This document shows positions 20,131 through 29,118 of a DNA stretch of 64,000 nucleotides, piece after piece. Position numbers and translations under genes: made by a program. Below the pieces are notes generated by a model. It was given only the letters and a program-made list of their open reading frames with translations. It made no database searches and was not told the origin of the DNA. Within the stretch, counting starts at the first letter, position 1, and every line of letters begins with the position of its first letter. The DNA lies in contig CAWEZH010000002.1 of assembly GCA_963813535.1 (NCBI GenBank), positions 1,600,001 through 1,664,000 on the forward strand. Reading direction: 5' to 3'. This DNA is from an uncultured Chloroflexia bacterium (lineage in GTDB: Bacteria; Chloroflexota; Limnocylindria; Limnocylindrales; CSP1-4).

Positions 20131-20966
20131 TGACCGACTCGACCAGGCGGACCAGCGCGAGGAAACCGCGGAACGCGACCTCGGGATCGTCGTGCGAGAA
20201 CCGGACCGTCCGGTCGCCGACCCGCTCGACCCCCGGCATGATCTCCGCGTGGTCGGCGATGACGCCCCGCGGCACATCGATCTCGATGACGACCGGCGGG
20301 CCGACGCGGAGCACCTCGAGCTCACCGGCCGCGGCGCGCCGGACGGCGCGTTCGGCTCCCTCGCGTACCCGATCGCGCGCGACGGTCGGATGGGCCGAGA
20401 TGGCGCTCCGCCCGCCGTCGACGGTCTTGACGACCACCCGCTCGGCCCACGGCAGCCACGGTTCGACTTCCTCGGCGAGCCCGTCATCCCCGGCGACCAT
20501 CCCGACCGGGATGCCCCATGCACCGAGGACCAGCGCGTTCACGCCGTACTCGCCGGTCGGGCGGCCATCCAACCGCGTTTCGACCGGCATCCCCGAGTAC
20601 GTGTGGGCGATCGTCCCGGACCGATGCCCGGCCCGCGTGTGGTAGCCGACGAACAGAGCGACGTCGAACGACGGCGTGCCGCCACGGATCCGGCCGGGCG
20701 CCCGCGACCATCGACCACGCCTTCTGGCCCTGCAGCACCCGTGCGCCCGGATGCAGGTCGGACGGCAGCAGGTTGTACATGTTCCAGTGGCTGTCGTTGA
20801 CCAGGATGTCGGTCGCCCCAGCGGCGAGTGCACCCTCGATCGCGGCGTTCGTCTCGCCGACCATGAGATCGACCGAGACTGGGTATCGACGATCGGACGG
20901 GTCGGTCGGGTCGGGGTGGTTGACCCCGGCGATGCCCTCCATGTCGACGCTGATGTAGACCCTCAA
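20123..20966 (-). CDS. M55 family D-aminopeptidase (DppA-like), frameshift at ~20685
   Basis: YISVDMEG and VNDSH in one frame; FVGYH, AHTYS, GEYGVNA, VAGDD in the other. TTG start overlaps the upstream TGA. Confidence 0.85.
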
Positions 20967-21721
20967 GCTCGCTCCTCTCGGTCGGTCGAGGACGGCCCCG
21001 TGCGGGCGGGTTCGCCGATCCAGACGTGCCCATCCGCGAACCGCTCCGCCTTCCAGATCGGGGCGCGGGCCTTGGTCTCGTCGATCGCATAGCGTGCGGC
21101 ATCGAACGCCGCGTCGCGATGCGGGCTGACCGCCACGATCGCCACCGACACCTCGCCGAGCGGCACTTCCCCTGTCCGGTGGACGATGGCGATGCGGTCC
21201 ACGCCGAACCGGGCTGCCACCTCGTCGGCGATCGCCTCGAGGGTGCCGACGGCCATCCCCTCGTGGGCCTCGTATTCCAGGGCCTCGACCGATCGCCCCT
21301 CGTGGCGGGCAGCCTCGGTCTCCTGACCCGGCGCGGGCGTGCCCGGCGTCACCCGGGTTCGGCCGAGGAAGCCGACGACCGCGCCGTCGCCCGGCGTTGC
21401 CAGCCGATCGGCGAGCTCGGTCAGGATCGACGTGTCGAAGGGGTCGGCGCGCAGTTCGAGGATCCGGTCGCCGCCCGCTCCACCCGACACGGGCGGGATC
21501 ATCGCCACCTCGTCGCCATCGACGAGACGTGTCGTCTCGTCGGCGTATGCCCCATTCCGGGCGAAGCGGACCGAGGCGCGCCCCGGTTCGAGCGGCGGAT
21601 GGACGGCCACCAGCGCCGTCCACGCATCGGCGACCGTCGCGTCCTCACGAAGGTCGAGCGCGACTTCACGCGTGCCGGCCAGCTCACGCTGGATCGCGAA
21701 CAGGCGGACACGTACGCGCAC
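20963..21721 (-). CDS. Fused molybdopterin synthase MoaD-MoaE (MoaX-like)
   Basis: VRLFA...DGDEVAMIPPVSGG followed in frame by MoaE motifs GAVVGFLG, LEYEAH, HRTG, SPHR, KARAPIWKAE. Confidence 0.9.
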   Translation of the reverse strand: MRVRVRLFAIQRELAGTREVALDLREDATVADAWTALVAVHPPLEPGRASVRFARNGAYADETTRLVDGDEVAMIPPVSGGAGGDRILELRADPFDTSILTELADRLATPGDGAVVGFLGRTRVTPGTPAPGQETEAARHEGRSVEALEYEAHEGMAVGTLEAIADEVAARFGVDRIAIVHRTGEVPLGEVSVAIVAVSPHRDAAFDAARYAIDETKARAPIWKAERFADGHVWIGEPARTGPSSTDREERA

Positions 21722-21736
21722 GATGCCGGCCGGCGC

Positions 21737-22405
21737 TCAGCCGTGCCACGTCGCGGCAAGCAGGCCGTCACCGACGGGCAGGATCGTCGAGATGAACCGC
21801 GAGTCGCCGAGGACGCGCCGACTGAACTCCCGTAGCGCCTCCGTATTCGGGTCACCCGACTCGACCGCCGTGGCGCCCGACACGCGGCCGCTCCACAGGA
21901 CGTTGTCGGCGAGGACGAGCGCGCCCGGCGCCAGGCGACCGTCCGTCAGCGCATCGAGATAGTCGCCGTACTCCGGCTTGAGTGCATCGATGAACGCCAG
22001 ATCGAACGGGCCGGCGAGGGCGGGATCGCCACTGGCGAACGCCTCGAGTGCCTTGGCCGAGAGCACCGTGATCCGCTCATCGGGGACGCCGGCCTGCCGC
22101 CACCAGCCCCTGGCGAGATCCGTTCGCTCGGTGTCCGGGTCGATCGTGACGATCGTGCCGTCGGCCGGCTGGCCGAGTGCCAGCCACAGGGTCGAGAAGC
22201 CGTACGCCGTCCCGACCTCGACGATCCGCCGCTTGCCGCCGGCCAGGACCGACAGGACCCGCCCAGCGTCGCGGTCGACGATCGGGATGCCGAGTGGCTG
22301 GGCGGCCGTCTCGATCGCCGCGAGCGCCGAGGGAAGGTCGGCGGCGATCGATTCGATCCAGTCGAGGTCCGTCTCGCCGGGGATCCAGCTCCGCTCGTCT
22401 TTCAT
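21737..22405 (-). CDS. O-methyltransferase (COMT/Methyltransf_3 family)
   Basis: IVEVGTAYGFSTLW, FDLAFIDALK, ADNVLWSG, LPVGDGL. Confidence 0.9.
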   Translation of the reverse strand: MKDERSWIPGETDLDWIESIAADLPSALAAIETAAQPLGIPIVDRDAGRVLSVLAGGKRRIVEVGTAYGFSTLWLALGQPADGTIVTIDPDTERTDLARGWWRQAGVPDERITVLSAKALEAFASGDPALAGPFDLAFIDALKPEYGDYLDALTDGRLAPGALVLADNVLWSGRVSGATAVESGDPNTEALREFSRRVLGDSRFISTILPVGDGLLAATWHG

Positions 22406-22423
22406 GGGTTCGCGCTCCTTCGG

Positions 22424-23263
22424 TCAGACCAGCAAGCCGGCGCCGAAGTACAGCCCGGCGGCGAGGATCGTGCCGGCGGCGATGGTGCCGACGTTGATGT
22501 AGAGGAGGCCGGTCGCCGACTCCATCGACCGGGTGCGGGCCGTCTGGACGGCCGCCCACGACACGATCAGCGGGAAGACGAGTCCGACGATGAGCCGCAA
22601 CCAGACGAACAGCGCCCACGGCCCGGTCAGGGCACTGAACGGTCCGCCCGACGCCGGCCCCGCGCCCAGGCCGACCCACGCCACGAACAGCACAACCTGG
22701 AGAGCCATGACGCCGAGCAGGATGCGGGACAGCAGGATGAGGGGCGCCTCAGGCAGCCGCGGCGTGACGAGGTACCAATGACCGAGGATCATCGCGGCGA
22801 ACACGCCACCGGTGGCCGCGAACAGGACCGACAGCTGCACGAGCAGCGCTGCGGCACCGACCGGTCCCCCGCCCCACCCGAGTGCCCCGAACACGGCGGT
22901 CGCGGCGCCCGCGACGAGCGCGACGACCTCCAGCCGGCCCGCCCAGACGGCAGACCAACGCCGCACGATCATGGCGAGGACCGCGACGCCGACGAACACG
23001 GCGAGCGACACGCGTCGCGGGATGTCGAACGACGGATCCGGCACCACCGGCGACGTGCCGAGCGAGCCCGGCAGCGCGCCGTCGCTCAGCCACGCCAGTA
23101 CGCCGAAACCGATGGCGCATGCGGCCACGAATCCGAGATAGCCGCGGGTCGCCGCCGTCCGCCGCCGGAGCAGCACCACCGCCGCGTAGGCACCCAGCGC
23201 GAGTCCGGCGAGGACGGTCCAGTTGATGTACGCCAGGTTCTGCGCGATCTGCGTCGCTGACAC
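22424..23263 (-). CDS. Polytopic membrane protein of unknown function (GHWYL and SATGLLY motifs)
   Basis: About eight hydrophobic segments; AMILGHWYLVTP; first gene of the minus-strand cluster. Confidence 0.75.
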   Translation of the reverse strand: MSATQIAQNLAYINWTVLAGLALGAYAAVVLLRRRTAATRGYLGFVAACAIGFGVLAWLSDGALPGSLGTSPVVPDPSFDIPRRVSLAVFVGVAVLAMIVRRWSAVWAGRLEVVALVAGAATAVFGALGWGGGPVGAAALLVQLSVLFAATGGVFAAMILGHWYLVTPRLPEAPLILLSRILLGVMALQVVLFVAWVGLGAGPASGGPFSALTGPWALFVWLRLIVGLVFPLIVSWAAVQTARTRSMESATGLLYINVGTIAAGTILAAGLYFGAGLLV

Positions 23264-23320
23264 GTCGCGAGTGTAGCCGCGTCGCTAGCATCGACACCGA
23301 CGACCCGTTGGAGGTGCCCC

Positions 23321-24052
23321 ATGTCGCTCCCGAACGGCACGACGATCACCTGGTACGGCCACTCCTGCATCCGCGTCGACACCGCGGGCGGAAAGACCGT
23401 GATCATCGATCCGTGGTTCGCGAACCCGAGCAGCCCGATCGGCGTCGACGCGGTCGACCACTGCGATCTGCTGCTGGTGACCCATGGCCATTTCGACCAC
23501 TTCGGGGACGCACTGGCACTCGCGAGCCGGTTGCGGCCCGCCTGGCCGTGCATCCATGAGATGAGCCTGTGGCTCGCGCGCCGGCTACCCGGCGGAGCCG
23601 ACGCGGTCGTCGGTATGAACAAGGGCGGCACGGTCGAGGCGGCTGGGCTGCGCGTGACGATGGTCGGCGCGGACCATTCAGCCGGTGACTGGAACCCGGC
23701 CGGCGAGACCACCCTCTATCTCGGCGACCCTGCAGGCTTCGTGATCGAGCTCGAGGACGGATACCGGATCTACGCCGCCGGCGACACGCAGGTGTTCTCC
23801 GACATGCGGCTCCTCCGCGAGCTGTATCGACCGGATCTCGCGATGCTGCCCATCGGCGGGCATTTCACGATGGACCCGACCGCCGCCGCGCTCGCCGTGG
23901 AGTATCTGGCCGTCGATGAGGTCGTCCCGCTCCACTACGGGACATTCCCGGTCCTGGCCGGGACGCCGGCCCAGCTCCGCGACGCCCTCACCGCACGCGG
24001 GCTCGGGTCGGTCCGCGTCCACGAACCAAAGCCGGGCGGGACCGTCGGCTAG
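23321..24052 (+). CDS. Metallo-beta-lactamase-fold hydrolase (UPF0173-like)
   Basis: TWYGHS, IDPW, THGHFDH, AGDT, LPIGGHFTM, PLHYGTF. Confidence 0.9.
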   Translation: MSLPNGTTITWYGHSCIRVDTAGGKTVIIDPWFANPSSPIGVDAVDHCDLLLVTHGHFDHFGDALALASRLRPAWPCIHEMSLWLARRLPGGADAVVGMNKGGTVEAAGLRVTMVGADHSAGDWNPAGETTLYLGDPAGFVIELEDGYRIYAAGDTQVFSDMRLLRELYRPDLAMLPIGGHFTMDPTAAALAVEYLAVDEVVPLHYGTFPVLAGTPAQLRDALTARGLGSVRVHEPKPGGTVG

Positions 24053-24059
24053 ACGGGGA

Positions 24060-25244
24060 TCAGCCGCCGACGGGGTGGAGCGAGACCGAGTCCCACCACG
24101 TCGTCGAGTCGGCACGGCCCATGTCGAGCTCCAAGACGGCATCTAAATCGGCGTAATTCGATACGAAGACCACGGAAACGATCGTCCAGTCGCTCGTGGC
24201 GAGCACCCTCCGGGTGACATACGCGGCGCCGGCCTTCGACGCGATCCGGACTCGGACCTCACGTGGTCCCGCCGCCCGCACAGCGAGGTTGAGGACGTAG
24301 GGCCGACCGGCGTCCAGCAGCAGGCCATCTTGCCTGAGCGAGATGCCCGAATAGGCAGGGCTGCCGGACGCGATATCGATCCGCGCGGCGGCCTTGCCCG
24401 CCCACGGCGTCGACGGATCCTGCGCCACGTTCGCGATCGCATCCCCGCCGAGGTACAGCCCCCACGGCTGACCGACGCCGTTCTCGAAACCGCCGTTGAC
24501 GATCAGCTCATTCGGGGATGGCGATGAGGCCGCTGGACTCGCCGGGGTCGAGGACGCGCCCCGAGTGGGACTCGGCGCGCTGGCTGAGGGCGTTGCGGAT
24601 GAGAGCGAAGGAGTCGCGCTAGGCGGGGCTGATGACGGCGGCGGCGCGCTTGGTGATGGCGGGATTGCAAGCATGTCCAGCTCAGCCTGGAGGGCGGGCA
24701 ACTGGGCGATCAATGCAACTAGCTCGGCGGCGCCGACCCGGTACTCTGGCTCGTTCCTGATCGAAGCGTCGAGTGTCTCGTTGGCGGAATCCAGGATCAA
24801 GCCGTACAACGTAGATAGTCGGCCTCCGGCCTGGTTCGGGCCAAACGCGCCCTTGAGTGCGGTCACGACATCCGCTGACGTCGATGCGAGACCGTTGATC
24901 TGGCGAATCCAATCGACGACCTCCTCGACCCGGAAGTTCACGCGCGCCCGTTCGGCCTCAAGGGCGTTTCCCGCTCCACCGAGCTGGTCGTTGAGTTTTG
25001 CGAGCAGGTCCACGACGGCCGGGTCGACGACTGGTGTCGGTGCCGGCGCACCGGACTCGCCAGATGCGATGACACCGCTCGGGGCCGGGCTCTCTCCGAC
25101 GGGAGTCCCAGCCGGCGGGGGCACCGCCCCGATCGCGGTCGACGCGAGGATCGCCACCACGACCACCGCGAACATCCCCCCGATGATCTCCGGTGACGGC
25201 GACCGCGGCGACCGCGGCTTGGAGGGCGGCTGGCTCGGCGTCAC
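24060..25244 (-). CDS. Membrane-anchored protein with helical domain, Pro/Ser linker and C-terminal CBM4/9-like domain
   Basis: N-terminal TM helix; PSA-rich linker; NELIVNGGFENG...W...WDSVSL carbohydrate-binding-module pattern. Confidence 0.7.
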   Translation of the reverse strand: MTPSQPPSKPRSPRSPSPEIIGGMFAVVVVAILASTAIGAVPPPAGTPVGESPAPSGVIASGESGAPAPTPVVDPAVVDLLAKLNDQLGGAGNALEAERARVNFRVEEVVDWIRQINGLASTSADVVTALKGAFGPNQAGGRLSTLYGLILDSANETLDASIRNEPEYRVGAAELVALIAQLPALQAELDMLAIPPSPSAPPPSSAPPSATPSLSSATPSASAPSPTRGASSTPASPAASSPSPNELIVNGGFENGVGQPWGLYLGGDAIANVAQDPSTPWAGKAAARIDIASGSPAYSGISLRQDGLLLDAGRPYVLNLAVRAAGPREVRVRIASKAGAAYVTRRVLATSDWTIVSVVFVSNYADLDAVLELDMGRADSTTWWDSVSLHPVGG

Positions 25245-26071
25245 GTGGCCGTGCCGGCGACCGGCTTGCCCAGCGCGGACTCGAGGTCCGCGGCGCGCAT
25301 CCCACCGATGGTCCGGAACACGATCGCCAAGGTCGAGCGTCCCGCACGTCCGGAGATGATCAGCCGGTCGTCCATGGCGGTGACGTCGAAATCGCGCACC
25401 GGGCCCTCATGGCGCACGGTGAGCTGGCCGGCATCGACCGGCCCGAAGACACGGAGCTGGTCGCCATCGCGGGCGATCGCATAGCACGCGCCGACCTCCA
25501 TCCCGGCATTGCCGGACAGGTATACCCCGGTGGACAGCACGTCGCCGGGTGGCGGCTCGGAGACGGTCGCGGCGACGAAGTTGGACGGCGTGATCGTCGG
25601 ACGGATGCCCAGGGACATCGGCGAGACCATCGGTCGTTCAGGCCACGTCGAGCGCTGATCGCGACGCGAGGCTGTGCGCGCAATTCCGATCGGTGTCGGC
25701 ACGGCCACAGGCCGCGACGTTCCCGTGGTCGGCCGGGCGACCATCGTGGGACTCGAACCGCCGGGAGCGTCGGCGTCGTAGGTTTGCGCCGGGGGCATCG
25801 GCGGGTTCGCCCCGACCAAACGCGCGGGTAACAGGTCACCGCAGGTGTCGCACGCTGCGGGCCAACCCTGGATCCGGGTCTCACACGTCGGACACCTGCC
25901 GGGCGGCGCCACGGCGAGCACAGCGAGGGCGATCGGGCCTGTCAGTGCGCCGAGCACGAACCAGATGAAGGCGCTCCGGGCGCGCAACGTCGCATACCAA
26001 CCGGCCACCGGCGCGGTGATACCCGCGACCAGGATCAGGATGATCGGGATGCTGTCGACGGCCCCCTGCAC
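25241..26071 (-). CDS. Hypothetical membrane protein with zinc ribbon
   Basis: Two N-terminal TMs (WFVLGALTGPIAL), CPTC-x10-CDTC, Pro-rich linker, beta-rich C-terminal domain. Confidence 0.65.
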   Translation of the reverse strand: MQGAVDSIPIILILVAGITAPVAGWYATLRARSAFIWFVLGALTGPIALAVLAVAPPGRCPTCETRIQGWPAACDTCGDLLPARLVGANPPMPPAQTYDADAPGGSSPTMVARPTTGTSRPVAVPTPIGIARTASRRDQRSTWPERPMVSPMSLGIRPTITPSNFVAATVSEPPPGDVLSTGVYLSGNAGMEVGACYAIARDGDQLRVFGPVDAGQLTVRHEGPVRDFDVTAMDDRLIISGRAGRSTLAIVFRTIGGMRAADLESALGKPVAGTAT

Positions 26072-26432
26072 AATTCCTCCACTGTCGAGCGACGGACGGC
26101 CATGCTACCGCGAAGCCGCGGGCGCCCCTGCCGTCGTTGTCGTGAGAGCTCGTTTCGGACCCGGCCGTTTGGTGCGGGGGTGCACCGGAAGTGCACCCGG
26201 GGGGCCGCTCCAAACAGGGCCCGTGCGATGTTCGATCCGTAATCGCAAGTGTAATTGAGAGGTGGGGGCCTTACGATAGGGCCCCCAGGGGCTGGTACTT
26301 TGGGGTCGGCCTCGGGGGAGGCATTGATCGGCCCGGTATCGGGCCACAGGGATCGACACCCTTCCTGGGGAGGACGGGACAGTCGCAGGAGCCGGAGCCA
26401 CGGTGGCGCCGGCACAAAGGGGGATAGAGGAA

Positions 26433-27824
26433 ATGCGTGTCACCGTAGTCGGCTTGGGCTACGTAGGGCTCGTCACAGGAGCCTGCCTGGCCGAGTGGGG
26501 CCACGACGTAGTCGGCGTAGACGCCGATCCGCGTCGGCTCGACACCCTGCGCGAAGGCCGGGTGCCCTTCCATGAGCCGCGGCTCCCGGAACTGGTGGCC
26601 GACGGGATCAGCAAGGGCACCCTGAGCTTCACCGACGATCTCAAGGGCTCGTCCGCCGCGGCCGACATGGTCATCGTGGCCGTGGGCACGCACGACGGGA
26701 ACGGCGGCTGGCAGACGGACACGGTCCGTGGCGCCCTGGCCGACATCGTCCCTGTCATGTCCGACAGCGCCACGCTGGTGATCCGCTCGACCTTGCCGCC
26801 CGACTTCATCAGGCAGCTCCCGTCGCTCGTGGCCAGCCGGCGGACGACCGCCGAGCGGTCGCTCATCCCGGTCATGCTCAACCCGGAGTTCACCCGGGAG
26901 GGGCGGGCAGTCCGCGACTACCAGCAGCCCGACCGCATCGTCCTCGGCGTCGTCAGCGACCCGGATGGGCATGGCGAGGCGGCACTCCGCGAGCTGTACC
27001 ACTCGGCCGCAGCGCCGATCGTCGTCATGGGCGCGATCGATGCTGCGATCACAAAGCTCGGAGCGAACCTCTTCCTAGCGACGAAGATCAGCTTCGCCAA
27101 CGAGCTTGCCGAGATCTGCGACGCCTTCGGCGCGGATGTCGCGACGGTCGTCGACGGCATGTCGTATGACAGCCGGATCGGTGGGTCGTTCCTGCGAGCC
27201 GGCGTCGGGTTCGGTGGCTCGTGCCTCCCGAACCAGGTCTCGATGACGATCCGGACTGCCGCGCAGGCCGGCGTCGACACCCCATTGCTGACCGCCGTCG
27301 ACGAGGTCAACCACCGTCGCCGCAGCCAGGTCGTCGAGCGGGCGGCAAGCCTGCTTGATGGCACGGTCCGCGGCCGCCGCGTGGCTCTCCTCGGCCTGAC
27401 GTTCAAGCCGGATACGGACGACCTGCGCGATGCGCCGGCGCTGACCATCGCCAGCGAGCTGCTGGAGCAGGGCGCGACGGTCATCGCGTACGACCCGATG
27501 CCCTCCGCCCGCGAGCGGTCGGCCGATCTCGTGCCTGGGCTCGAGGTCGTCAGCGCGGCCGCCGACGCGATGCGCGATGCCGACATCGCTGTCCTCGTGA
27601 CCGAGTGGCCGGAATTCGTCGACTTCGATTGGGCGATCGCCGCCGAGACCATGCGGCGACGGGTCCTGATCGACGGACGCAACGTCCTCAACGGCGAGGA
27701 GCTGGCGGCCCACGGCTTCACGTACACATCGTTCGGCCGCGGAACCGTGGTACCGGACGACGTCGCGGCGGGTACCGTGGCAGCTACCGGTTCGCTGACG
27801 TCCCTGCAGTGGGGTCGTGGATGA
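26433..27824 (+). CDS. ugd: UDP-glucose 6-dehydrogenase
   Basis: GLGYVG, NPEFTREG, KISFANE, catalytic GFGGSCLP, GLTFKPDTDDLR, DGRN. Confidence 0.92.
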   Translation: MRVTVVGLGYVGLVTGACLAEWGHDVVGVDADPRRLDTLREGRVPFHEPRLPELVADGISKGTLSFTDDLKGSSAAADMVIVAVGTHDGNGGWQTDTVRGALADIVPVMSDSATLVIRSTLPPDFIRQLPSLVASRRTTAERSLIPVMLNPEFTREGRAVRDYQQPDRIVLGVVSDPDGHGEAALRELYHSAAAPIVVMGAIDAAITKLGANLFLATKISFANELAEICDAFGADVATVVDGMSYDSRIGGSFLRAGVGFGGSCLPNQVSMTIRTAAQAGVDTPLLTAVDEVNHRRRSQVVERAASLLDGTVRGRRVALLGLTFKPDTDDLRDAPALTIASELLEQGATVIAYDPMPSARERSADLVPGLEVVSAAADAMRDADIAVLVTEWPEFVDFDWAIAAETMRRRVLIDGRNVLNGEELAAHGFTYTSFGRGTVVPDDVAAGTVAATGSLTSLQWGRG

Positions 27825-28489
27825 CACCAGAACGACGCCACCACCTCGTCGTCGCCCTGATCGCGGCCCTCGCTGGGGCCGGGATCGGGCTCGAGATCGC
27901 GCGAGTCGGGATCATCATCTCCCCGAGCCTCGCGTGGTGGCTTGGCGTGCTTGGCATCCTCGCGTTGGTGCTCGTCCTGCTGACGGCACCAGCGGAGCCC
28001 GCCGCACCGGTCCCCACCCCGGCTCGCGCCGGCTGGGCCGAGTTCCGGCGTGAACTCCGACGCTCCCGACGGAGCACGCGCCCGATGACCTTGCTGCGGG
28101 CGCCTGGCCCGGTCGGCCTGGTCGCCAGCGTGGCGGATGATCCGGAGTCGCGCTCGCGCCGTCTGCACGAGCACCTTCGCCTCGTCGACCGGACATGGGT
28201 CGACGACGGCAGCGTCTACATGCTGCTGCCCGAGACGTCGCGCGCCGCGGCCGACACCCTCGTCACGCGGATCCTCACCGTCGCGCCGGAGCTGCTCCCC
28301 GCCGACGTTCGGCTGGCAACGTTCCCGGACGATGGCCTGACCAGCGGCGCCCTGATCTCGGCGGTGCATGGTGCCTCGCTCAGCGAGGTGCCGACGCCTA
28401 TCCGTGCGGCGGCGGTCGCCGAAGACGAGCCCGTCGTCGCCGAGGACGCTGACGAAACGAAGCCAGCCAGCGAGCGAGCGGCCCGATGA
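27821..28489 (+). CDS. Two-TM protein with degenerate GGDEF-like domain (RxxD retained)
   Basis: ELRRSRR..RPMTLL, LRLVD, LLPET..AA and ATFPDDG are GGDEF-fold landmarks; the GG(D/E)EF motif is replaced. Confidence 0.65.
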   Translation: MTPERRHHLVVALIAALAGAGIGLEIARVGIIISPSLAWWLGVLGILALVLVLLTAPAEPAAPVPTPARAGWAEFRRELRRSRRSTRPMTLLRAPGPVGLVASVADDPESRSRRLHEHLRLVDRTWVDDGSVYMLLPETSRAAADTLVTRILTVAPELLPADVRLATFPDDGLTSGALISAVHGASLSEVPTPIRAAAVAEDEPVVAEDADETKPASERAAR

Positions 28490-29118
28490 CGGATCGGTGG
28501 CAGGGCCAGGCCCGCACGACGCGCGGGTACGCCAGGACCAAACGGGCGATCGACATCGGCATCTGCCTCGTCGCGCTGCCGGTGCTGCTGCCCATCGGAC
28601 TCCTGTGCGCGCTGGCGATCCGGCTCGAGACGCCCGGACCGGTCCTGTTCGCGCAGCAGCGGACCGGCCAGCACGGTGTCCGCTTCCCGATGTTCAAGTT
28701 CCGGACGATGGTGCGCAACGCCGAGGAGCTGAAGGCGTCCCTCCAGCACCTCAACATCCTGCCGCCACCCGACTTCAAGATCCCGAACGACCCGCGCGTG
28801 ACGCGCGTCGGCAAGTTCCTGCGCAAGACCAGCCTCGACGAGCTCCCGCAGATCCTCAATGTGATCCGCGGTGAGATGTCGATCGTGGGACCGCGACCGA
28901 CGTCGTTCGCGGCGAGCACCTACGACCTTTGGCACTCCGAGCGCCTCGAGGTGCTGCCGGGCATCACCGGCCTCTGGCAGGTCAAGGGCCGCGGGACGAT
29001 GACCTTCGACGAGCGCCTCCGCCTGGACATCGAGTACATGGAACGGCGCTCGACGATGTACGACCTGCGGTTGATGGCCGAGACCGCCCTGGCGGTCTTC
29101 AAGGGGTCGGGCGTCTAG
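28486..29118 (+). CDS. Priming sugar-phosphate transferase (Bac_transf family)
   Basis: KRAIDI, FKFRTM, DPRVTRVGKFLRKTSLDELPQ, GEMSIVGPRP, PGITGLWQV. Confidence 0.92.
   Translation: MTDRWQGQARTTRGYARTKRAIDIGICLVALPVLLPIGLLCALAIRLETPGPVLFAQQRTGQHGVRFPMFKFRTMVRNAEELKASLQHLNILPPPDFKIPNDPRVTRVGKFLRKTSLDELPQILNVIRGEMSIVGPRPTSFAASTYDLWHSERLEVLPGITGLWQVKGRGTMTFDERLRLDIEYMERRSTMYDLRLMAETALAVFKGSGV

Noticed and set aside
914-20700. Programmed ribosomal frameshifting or phase variation at the four frameshifts
   Set aside because: No canonical slippery heptamer or long repeat tract was seen; these are ordinary enzyme families; sequencing error is simpler.
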